This document shows positions 26,425 to 33,734 of a DNA stretch of 33,734 bases, piece after piece. Every line of letters begins with the position of its first letter. The first letter of the stretch is position 1. The translations under genes were made by a program, and so were the position numbers. The notes beneath the pieces are model-generated. The model saw only the letters and a list, made by a program, of their open reading frames with translations, searched no databases and had not been told where the DNA came from. Origin of the DNA: Candidatus Micrarchaeia archaeon (GTDB taxonomy: Archaea > Micrarchaeota > Micrarchaeia > Norongarragalinales > UBA8480); contig JBAMLY010000010.1 in the NCBI GenBank assembly GCA_039794045.1, positions 1 to 33,734 on the forward strand, in the 5' to 3' direction.

Positions 26425-26711
26425 AGCCGCCCTTGTTTTTCCGGCGGCGAAACCCACCGAACGCGTTGAATGAAACGCGTTTTCACAGGAACCGCGTCCC
26501 TCTGCGGCCGCGGAAAAAATAGTGTTTAGTGAAGCTGGCCCGGCGGCCTTTTTTGAGGCTGCCTTGCCCGCGTCAAGGCAGGCGCGGCTCGGCTTAAGCC
26601 GAACCCCAACTCCTAACGCGTTGGCTGCAAGTAAAGCAACGCGTTAACGCGAAAGAGTTCGCGGCAGGACCGCGCAAGCCAAAAGAAAGAGCAGGCAACG
26701 GCTTCACTGAA
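26425..26711 (+). ncRNA. Putative structured RNA in the ftsZ-ftsZ spacer
   Basis: A 13-bp closing stem (26525-26537 with 26699-26711, two G-U pairs on the + strand) encloses several hairpins. More hairpins lie at 26427-26513. Confidence 0.4.
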
Positions 26712-26759
26712 AATATAGCCTTGATGGAAAAAAATGAAAAGGAGAGGGAGGAGAGAAAA

Positions 26760-27836
26760 ATGGAGGGACTCATCGCTGACGCGTTGAAGTACGCGTCGTC
26801 GAAGCCACTTCCTGAAGTGGCTCAAAAGGATTTCTCGCCTGCAAAGGTGAAAATCCAGGTAATAGGAGTTGGAGGCGGTGGCACCAACACGGTGTCGCGG
26901 TTGCACGACATGGGAATAAAGAGCGCGGAAACAATAGCGATAAACACTGACGCGAACCACTTGAAAATGATTAAGGCGGACAAGCGCATGCTAATAGGCG
27001 CTTCAATGACTCGCGGCCTCGGCGCTGGTGGCTTCCCTGAAGTGGGAATGAAGGCAGCGGAAAGCGCTCGCGACAAGATAAGTGAACTCGTTTCAGACGC
27101 TGAACTCGTCTTCATTACTGCAGGCATGGGCGGAGGCACTGGCACTGGCGCGGCGCCGGTAGTGGCAGAGTGCGCGAAGCGCGCAGGCGCGATTACGGTG
27201 GCAATGGTGACTTTCCCGTTCGCGCTCGAGCGCGCTAGGCTGGACAAGGCCGACTGGGGCTTGGAAGCGCTCACAAAGGCTTGCGACACAGTAGTAATCA
27301 TTGACAACAACAGGCTAGTAAGCTATGTTCCAAACCTGCCAATGAACCAAGCTTTCGCGGTCGCTGACACTCTCGTAGCGCGCAGCATTAAAGGCATTGC
27401 GGACACGATAATGCTGCCTTCTCTCATGAACATTGACTTCGCTGACTTGCGCATGATAATGAGCAACGCTGGCGTCGCAATGATTAGCGTGGGAGAAGCG
27501 CAGGGACAAAACCGCGTGCAGGAAGTAGTCAAGAACACTCTCGAGCACCCGTTGCTTGACATCGACTACCACAACGCGAAAGGCGGCTTGATCCTCATTC
27601 AGGGAGGTTCTAACCTCACGCTTGGAGACGCAATTAAAGTCGGTGAAGGCATTACCGAGTCGTTTGACCCGCACGCTTACGTCAAGTGGGGCGCGCGCTT
27701 GATTCCAGACATGGGAGACAAGCTCGTAGTCACAAGCATATTGACTGGCGTGAACAGCGCGCAAGTAATTGGCAAGACCGAAGCGCCAGCGAAAGCGCAG
27801 GCGCTAAACGCGGGCTTGGACTCGATAAGCTTTTAA
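26760..27836 (+). CDS. ftsZ: Cell division protein FtsZ (FtsZ2-like), copy B
   Basis: GVGGGGTN, AINTD, GLGAGG, GMGGGTGTG, PFALERAR, IDNNRL, NIDFAD and HPLLD. Start at ATG 26760 after GGAGG. Confidence 0.97.
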   Translation: MEGLIADALKYASSKPLPEVAQKDFSPAKVKIQVIGVGGGGTNTVSRLHDMGIKSAETIAINTDANHLKMIKADKRMLIGASMTRGLGAGGFPEVGMKAAESARDKISELVSDAELVFITAGMGGGTGTGAAPVVAECAKRAGAITVAMVTFPFALERARLDKADWGLEALTKACDTVVIIDNNRLVSYVPNLPMNQAFAVADTLVARSIKGIADTIMLPSLMNIDFADLRMIMSNAGVAMISVGEAQGQNRVQEVVKNTLEHPLLDIDYHNAKGGLILIQGGSNLTLGDAIKVGEGITESFDPHAYVKWGARLIPDMGDKLVVTSILTGVNSAQVIGKTEAPAKAQALNAGLDSISF

Positions 27837-27876
27837 GCCAAAATAAGTCAAAACGCTTGCCCACCCCTACAACACG

Positions 27877-27997
27877 AAAAGGAGGAAGAGCGTTTCCAGC
27901 AGGAAAAAAGCAAGGAACTAGACTCGCGCAAAATAACTTTGGTTTCCTCCCTTTCTTTCGCCCACGCTTTGCTGGAACGCCTTCTCCCCCTTTTTTT
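27877..27997. terminator. Long imperfect hairpin and T-tracts between convergent genes
   Basis: AAAAGGAGGAAGAGCGTTTCCAGCA pairs with TGCTGGAACGCCTTCTCCCCCTTTT and is followed by T-runs. Confidence 0.5.
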
Positions 27998-28025
27998 CCT
28001 TTTTTTCTATTCTTTTAGGATTTTT

Positions 28026-31000
28026 TCAGACCAGGCGCTTGTCCCTGCACTTGCCTTCTTTTAACGCGCAGTAATTGTCGTATACAGTGCATGCGTCAGC
28101 GTTCATGCTACTGCAAGTCTTGTCTATTATGCCGTTGCAGCCACTGATTTTCTCGCAGTCTAGTACCGGCTTTGATTGGAGGCACTCAAAGCACTCGTCC
28201 GGAAAACTCATTCCTGAAGTGTATGCATTGGGGTTGAAGGAAGCGGGTTGCGTGGGCGTTGGCGTGCCGCTGGCAGGAGAAGTTGGCGGGCTCGCGGGAG
28301 CCACAAAGCAAGTGTTGATGCCGTTGTTTTGCAGGTCGGGCTGGCACTTGCCTTGTAGTGCGCTACAGCACTGCCGCAAGCAATCAGTATAGCACGGGAA
28401 GGAGGACGCGCCGAATAATTGAGTGCAGTCGCAGTCCGGCCGCGTCAACTTGCTTTCGTCGAAGTTTGCTGGTTGTTTGGCTGCTGGCGTTGCGGGCGAG
28501 GGAGCCGATGGCGAGGGGTTTGGCGTAGCCGCTGGCTCGGGGAAGCTGGGCTGAGGCGGAGTCTCTATGTTGAGCGTCTGGCCTTTAACTGGTTCGGTTG
28601 CAGGCGCGCCTGCTTTCTTGTCTGGGCCTCCTGGTGGGAAGGTGTCGTCTTTCTTAACGCTGGTTCCCTTGCTTTCAAGGACTTTGCCGTTTTCGTCTGT
28701 TACTACTATAGATGCACCGTCTCTGGAGGAGTAAGTTATCGTCGTTTTTCCGTTGGCGTCGGTGGTGTATACTATCTTGTTTCCATTTGGGTAAGTAAAC
28801 GTTTTCGTCGTGATTCCTTGAATTGTTTCTTGCTCGACTTTTACGTCGTCCTGTTCTACTTTGAATGGAATCATTGCGCCGTTTTCGTCTAATGCTTGGT
28901 ACGAGACGCTGCCGTTTGAGTCGACTGCTTGAATTATTTTTTTGCCTTCCTTGGACGAGTAACGCGTTTCTTTCGTGCCATTGGGGTTAGTAGTAGTTTC
29001 TTCTGCTTTGAACTCGCCTGCTGGCATGGCTGTCTTCTCGTAAGCCACGGCTTGACTAGTGGTAGAGAGGCTGAGAGCGATGTCGTGGCGGTTGGTGCCC
29101 AGCAAGTAAGAAAAGAGGGAGAACGCGTTGGTTGGCGTTGCGATCGAGCGCCACCAGTCAAGTTTCCACGGCGGGATGATGTTGCAGTTGCCGTCCACTC
29201 CCAAGTCTACGCGGAACACGACTTTGTTGCCTTGCACGTTGACGTTAATGCTTCCAGGCTTGCCTGAACCAATGGGCTTGGAGCCAAGGCTTGGAAGCGT
29301 GGACGAAATGCCGCCACACAATGGCGTGGGCGTGTACTTGTTGAAGAACTGCGGGTAAGGCGCGGGCCCGGCGAGGACTGCGCCGCCGAATTGGGGCGGC
29401 CAGACTTGAAAGTCTTGCCAAGCTTGCGGGCCACTGCAAGCGCAGGTTACGGCTAGCAAGGGAAGCCAGCTGTCCACGAGGCCGCTTGCGACAGCAACTG
29501 GGCTTACTTGGCTTGCTTGTTGTCCTGGCTGCAAGCCTTGCTTTACTTGCGCGAGCGCGGCGCTCACTCCTGAGTTGATTAGCTGGTTTTGGAAGTCTGT
29601 AGTGATGTCGTTGCACGTTCCCGCGCCGAAGTCGAAGAAGGCCGCGTTGTCGAACAACTTGTAGTCCGCGGTGCTGCTGAAGCTGAAGGCGTCTGCCAAG
29701 GCGTTGCCGAGCTTGCCGAACGCGTCGCGTTCAGTAGCTTCGCCGTAGTTCGGGATTTCGCCTTCGATGGTGAAAACGTTTATTTTGTTCATGACGGTGG
29801 GCGCAGTAGAAGCGACTAATAAATTAAACTTTTGGAGGCAAGTCGCGACGCAGGCTCCGCCGGCTGGCAAGCCGACGCCGCTCGCAATGGCTGGCGCGCA
29901 CAACGAAGTGCATATGGCGGTCTTCTGCGAGGCAGTGTAAGCCGTGGACGCGGCGCACGTCGGCAGGCAGTAAGGAAGTGAAACTATGGGAAGCGCGGGG
30001 TACATGCACAACTGGATTTTGTAGGAGAGGTTGGCGAGCTGGTTCGTGGTCAAGATGTTTGACGTGTTGGATGCGTTGATGCAGTTGCCGCTGCCGTACA
30101 AGAAGCTGCAGAGTGGAATGAAGTTCTGTGTTGAGGGGGTCGCGTTGCAGCCTTCCACGTAGTTGTTGTTGTAGAGTGGTAGCACTGAAGCGGTTAGCGA
30201 AAGCGAGTTCGCGTCCTTTCCGCTCGCCACTATTTCGTATATTGCTGGCTGGTCTCGAGCGCAAAACTGGGATGCTTTAGAGTTGGCTGCATCTGTCTTC
30301 GGCGCGGAACTCGAGAGCGAAACGTTTTGTTGTTGCAAGAGCGAGCCGCTTCCTTGAATACCTTGTGCTACGGCGGCGAAAACGAATTTCTCGTTTGGAG
30401 CGAGTGAAGCGAGGGGCTCGCCTTGCCCGCGCCTGAATGCCGTCTTGGAAGCAATTGTCTTCGCTTTCTCGTTGAATGCTGTAATCATTTGCTTTAGCGC
30501 CTTGCGCGTGCACCAGCCTGACGCGCAGCACTTGAAGTCAGTGCAAGTGGTGACGCGCTGGCCGCCTACTGCCCCTAACCCCTTTTCAAGTTGCTTGACT
30601 GGGTTCTCGTAAAATACCTCGTTTATGGTTTCGTTGCCTTCAAGGAAGCTTAGAGTGCCTGGCCCGCGCCACGCGATTGCTTTTGCTCCAGGCGAAGTGA
30701 AAGAAATTTTTTTCGTGGTTGGCGTGCTGGCGTTCAGTGGCAAGTATTCTAGAGTGATTTGCCGCGAGCCGACTTGCAGGTTGTTGACTATGTAGAAGGG
30801 CTTGGCTGCCTCGCTGTCGCTTAACGCGCTCGCTTCAGGCAAGACGTTAATGCCTTCGACTTCGGCGACGGTCACGCGCACTGGAATAGAGAGGTTGGCT
30901 TGCAAGTCGCAGCCGCCAGTCTTGAAGTAAAGCCTCGTCTTTTCTTCTCCCTTGAATTCGGCGCCGTTCAAGAAAAGCTTGTTTCCCTCTACGTGGACGG

Positions 31001-33707
31001 GGCACTCTGCGTTCAATTCGTGTGACTGGAAGGAAAAGACTTGTTTTGCGTTGTCGTAGCGGTAGCAGTTGCGCGTGAGTGGGTTGTCGGATTGAATGCT
31101 TAGTAGAATAGAGCAAGCAGCGTTCTTGGACTTGAGCTTGACGGGCATGGCGTCTGCCGGAAAAACTGAATCTATTTGCAGGTCGTAGCGGTTGATGCCA
31201 GCTGCTGACTGCAAGCCTTTCAGGGGGTCGAAGACGATGGTGTCGCCTGCCGTGAACTCGGCCGCCGGCTCTTTTTCTTCGGCTGGCTTTTCAGGTGGCT
31301 TCACTGAAATGACTTCAAATGAAGCAGTATTCGTTTTAGCGTGGCACTCGCTCTTGCTTGAAGTGTTTCGCGCCGTTCCAAGCTCGACGTCTTCAGGGTA
31401 ACGCGAGTAAACTCTCCCGCCAACCGCAGTAGAAGAAAAAGAGTAAGCCCGGTAATTCAAGACTACTTGGCTGCCGGCGGCAGCGGACGGCTTTACCGCG
31501 AAAGGCACTGCAATGTTGGCAGTGCCGTTTCCAGCGAAACTCAAGTCAATCCACTTCAGGCCTCCTGCTTGGGGCGCGCCAAGCAAGTCAGCGCACGCAG
31601 CACTAGAACGGTAGACGACGCCTTTCTCGGCATCCATTCCAGGCGGTGCAGCAAAATCTATTATGAAGGCGTTGTCGTTAGCTGCTTCTGCCGCGTTTCC
31701 CACGCGCGCGTAAAAGCCAGTGCGCTCTCCTGAAGCCGACGCCACGAAGAAGTTAGCGAAATAAGAGGCGTTCTTGCGCACTGCTCCTCCTTCCACGGCT
31801 GCTCCTTTCTCGTCGGACAAGCCAGTAAAGCGAACAATGGTGGCATTCAACGCTTTTTCAGGCAGCAAGTAAATCGTGAGCGAGGAAGACTCGCGTGGCT
31901 TCACGTCATCGAAAGTCAAGGGCCTCGTCGTCGAAGCGTAGCCGCGCGCGCTAGCAACAATCTTGCCTTCCCTGAAAGCCCTGGCTTTCAAAACGCAATC
32001 GCTTCCAGAGCACGCGCCAGCAATTGTTTCTCCTTCGTAGAGCGTGAAACTCGCTTCAACTGGATCGCCAGTCAACAAGTCTTTTGCAGTAACTTCAAGA
32101 AACCCTGTGTTAACGAGCAAGGTAACAGTCAACTGCGAGTCTCCAACCAAGTAAGTTGAAGCGCTCCCGCTTCCCTTCTGGTAGGCGGCGCGCGCCTCGT
32201 ACTCGGCGTTCACGGGGAGAACGAATTCGGCGGCGGGCTTTAAAGGAACTACTGCGGCCTCGGGCGCGGGAGACGGCGTTTCAACGGCTTCAACTCCTTC
32301 AGGCAGTTCTTCTGCCGGCGAAGCAGTCGGCGAAGGAGTCGGCTCGGAGTAGCTAGTAGTAGTGTACGCTGGAAGCGCTGCAAGCAAGCCGTCGCTTAAG
32401 ACGGTGACGACCGCGCCAGACAACGCGATGCCGTCCTCGTCCGCGGCCACCACGGAAAGCCGTGCCGAGTTTTCTGGCGTGGCAGTCTTTAAAACGAGTT
32501 GAATCGAGTCGCCTGCAGCGAACTCGTTAGAGCGAGCCGGCACTCTGCCGGGCGCGAACGCGATCGCGTAGTAAGTAGTAGAGTTGGCGAGCTGGAGTTG
32601 AAGCGTTCCACTCGAAGACTTGGCCGGGAAAGCAATTATCGAGGGAAAGGGAACCAAGGCAACGCTTGCCTGCACTGGCTTGTTTTGCTCGTCTACAGTC
32701 GAAATCACCGTATACTTTTTTACTCCCAAGTCGTAGAGTTTTTGGTCGAGTTTCTGCATTCTCGCTCGCGCGGTAGAGAGCTTGCTTACCTCGATTGGTT
32801 GTCCTCCATTTTCGGCGCTGGAAAAGTCGTAGTAGCCGTCAGCGCCGCAAACCGAAAAAAAGACTTTCGCGCCGACAGTGAGGCCAGTTATTTCTGCGTT
32901 GCCTTCCAAGACTTCAGCGCAGCCGAGTTGCTCGCCTGTTTCAGCCGCGAAAGCGCATGCCGTGCCATTCGAAACAGGCGCGCCGCTCTCGGCGTCTTCC
33001 ACTAACAAGAAAAGCTTTCCAGCCACGGCAATCTCTTTCTTTTCTTCTTCGGAGAAGCTGACGCTCGCGCTCTCCGGCTTGCGCTTCAACGCCACCACCA
33101 CGCCGCTCTCCCTAGTTATGACGGTGAGAGTCTGCGTGTAGTAGCCCGGCGCGCTCGCGCGCAAGCGCACTGCAATGCCGGCGGGAGCCAAAAAATTTGC
33201 CGTGCCATCAGCCCCGCAGGAAACCACTCTGCTCGTCTTTCCAATAGAGTAAACGATTTTCGCTCCCGCGATTCCCTTGTTGGTGCCCGCGTCAACCACC
33301 TTCAAAGAAACGCTGGGAACTTCTTCCACGCCGGGCTCGACTGTCGCTTCAACGCTGAAGTCAGCCTTCAAAGACTTTCTCTTGGAAGCGTCAACCAACT
33401 GAGTCTTAGTCTCTCCCGCCGGGGTAGTGACCTTGAACGCCAAAGGCTTTTCAGGCAAGTCCTCGAACTCGACAACGCCGTCCACGGTGACGGCTTCCGC
33501 GACAACCTCTCCGCCGTCAAGAACTTGCACTACCGCGCCACTGACTTTCCCGCCGTCCGCACCCAGCACGGTTACGCGAAAAATTTTGCTTGCTTCAGGC
33601 GGCGCCTGCAAGAAAAAAAAATAGAAAGCCAAGCCGGCTGCTACCACGGCAAGCAACAAGAACGCGCGCTTTCCCAAGCTTTTCTTGCCTTGCTCTTCTC
33701 CAGCCAT
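28026..33707 (-). CDS. Giant (1893 aa) membrane-anchored multidomain surface protein
   Basis: One N-terminal TM helix, about five carboxypeptidase-regulatory-like beta-sandwich repeats (V.D..G.PV.GA.V), Pro/Thr/Ser linkers, a beta-hairpin repeat region and Cys-rich C-terminal modules. Confidence 0.85.
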   Translation of the reverse strand: MAGEEQGKKSLGKRAFLLLAVVAAGLAFYFFFLQAPPEASKIFRVTVLGADGGKVSGAVVQVLDGGEVVAEAVTVDGVVEFEDLPEKPLAFKVTTPAGETKTQLVDASKRKSLKADFSVEATVEPGVEEVPSVSLKVVDAGTNKGIAGAKIVYSIGKTSRVVSCGADGTANFLAPAGIAVRLRASAPGYYTQTLTVITRESGVVVALKRKPESASVSFSEEEKKEIAVAGKLFLLVEDAESGAPVSNGTACAFAAETGEQLGCAEVLEGNAEITGLTVGAKVFFSVCGADGYYDFSSAENGGQPIEVSKLSTARARMQKLDQKLYDLGVKKYTVISTVDEQNKPVQASVALVPFPSIIAFPAKSSSGTLQLQLANSTTYYAIAFAPGRVPARSNEFAAGDSIQLVLKTATPENSARLSVVAADEDGIALSGAVVTVLSDGLLAALPAYTTTSYSEPTPSPTASPAEELPEGVEAVETPSPAPEAAVVPLKPAAEFVLPVNAEYEARAAYQKGSGSASTYLVGDSQLTVTLLVNTGFLEVTAKDLLTGDPVEASFTLYEGETIAGACSGSDCVLKARAFREGKIVASARGYASTTRPLTFDDVKPRESSSLTIYLLPEKALNATIVRFTGLSDEKGAAVEGGAVRKNASYFANFFVASASGERTGFYARVGNAAEAANDNAFIIDFAAPPGMDAEKGVVYRSSAACADLLGAPQAGGLKWIDLSFAGNGTANIAVPFAVKPSAAAGSQVVLNYRAYSFSSTAVGGRVYSRYPEDVELGTARNTSSKSECHAKTNTASFEVISVKPPEKPAEEKEPAAEFTAGDTIVFDPLKGLQSAAGINRYDLQIDSVFPADAMPVKLKSKNAACSILLSIQSDNPLTRNCYRYDNAKQVFSFQSHELNAECPVHVEGNKLFLNGAEFKGEEKTRLYFKTGGCDLQANLSIPVRVTVAEVEGINVLPEASALSDSEAAKPFYIVNNLQVGSRQITLEYLPLNASTPTTKKISFTSPGAKAIAWRGPGTLSFLEGNETINEVFYENPVKQLEKGLGAVGGQRVTTCTDFKCCASGWCTRKALKQMITAFNEKAKTIASKTAFRRGQGEPLASLAPNEKFVFAAVAQGIQGSGSLLQQQNVSLSSSAPKTDAANSKASQFCARDQPAIYEIVASGKDANSLSLTASVLPLYNNNYVEGCNATPSTQNFIPLCSFLYGSGNCINASNTSNILTTNQLANLSYKIQLCMYPALPIVSLPYCLPTCAASTAYTASQKTAICTSLCAPAIASGVGLPAGGACVATCLQKFNLLVASTAPTVMNKINVFTIEGEIPNYGEATERDAFGKLGNALADAFSFSSTADYKLFDNAAFFDFGAGTCNDITTDFQNQLINSGVSAALAQVKQGLQPGQQASQVSPVAVASGLVDSWLPLLAVTCACSGPQAWQDFQVWPPQFGGAVLAGPAPYPQFFNKYTPTPLCGGISSTLPSLGSKPIGSGKPGSINVNVQGNKVVFRVDLGVDGNCNIIPPWKLDWWRSIATPTNAFSLFSYLLGTNRHDIALSLSTTSQAVAYEKTAMPAGEFKAEETTTNPNGTKETRYSSKEGKKIIQAVDSNGSVSYQALDENGAMIPFKVEQDDVKVEQETIQGITTKTFTYPNGNKIVYTTDANGKTTITYSSRDGASIVVTDENGKVLESKGTSVKKDDTFPPGGPDKKAGAPATEPVKGQTLNIETPPQPSFPEPAATPNPSPSAPSPATPAAKQPANFDESKLTRPDCDCTQLFGASSFPCYTDCLRQCCSALQGKCQPDLQNNGINTCFVAPASPPTSPASGTPTPTQPASFNPNAYTSGMSFPDECFECLQSKPVLDCEKISGCNGIIDKTCSSMNADACTVYDNYCALKEGKCRDKRLV

Positions 33708-33734
33708 TTTCTCACTGAATCAGTCTAAATCATT

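Noticed and set aside
26398..26759. RNase P RNA, SRP RNA or a c-di-GMP riboswitch in the ftsZ spacer
   Set aside because: I could not find the RNase P GAGGAAAGUCC P4 element, the SRP helix-8 motif or a c-di-GMP-I/II consensus on either strand.
56..33728. The many remaining short antisense and alternate-frame ORFs in the track
   Set aside because: They lie within well-supported genes and show no recognisable motifs, as expected for shadow ORFs at this GC content.

Overview
This is an archaeal chromosome segment of roughly 50% GC. Gene content and style point to a DPANN organism, most likely Micrarchaeota-like (inference). Housekeeping genes: galU (cut by the window edge), a bacterial-type glyA, rtcB, tyrS, leuS, rpl30e-nusA-rps12-rps7-EF2, two HhH-GPD DNA glycosylases, a polyprenyl synthase, an ACT protein and a DUF92 protein. 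Three tRNA genes are present: Gly-CCC, Ser-CGA with a 180-nt intron, and Thr-CGT. Surface genes include a pilin-like protein with a probable carbohydrate-binding domain, a processive GT2, a secreted glycoprotein and a 1893-aa anchored protein. The most unusual elements are: (1) an intact-motif PAS-GAF-GGDEF diguanylate cyclase, although c-di-GMP signalling is regarded as essentially bacterial; (2) a family of small hairpin/mirror-repeat (triplex-capable) modules sitting in or beside tRNA genes, which appear to have expanded a perfect 35-nt BHB intron to 180 nt and are bracketed by duplicated ends of tRNA-Thr; (3) a box C/D guide RNA whose D' guide points exactly at the wobble C34 of a CAU-anticodon tRNA; (4) two tandem FtsZ2-type genes sharing identical DNA tracts, with a divergent 52-aa ribbon-helix-helix gene and a highly structured spacer; (5) a decayed thyX next to glyA. 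All calls are by eye; no database searches or folding programs were run.
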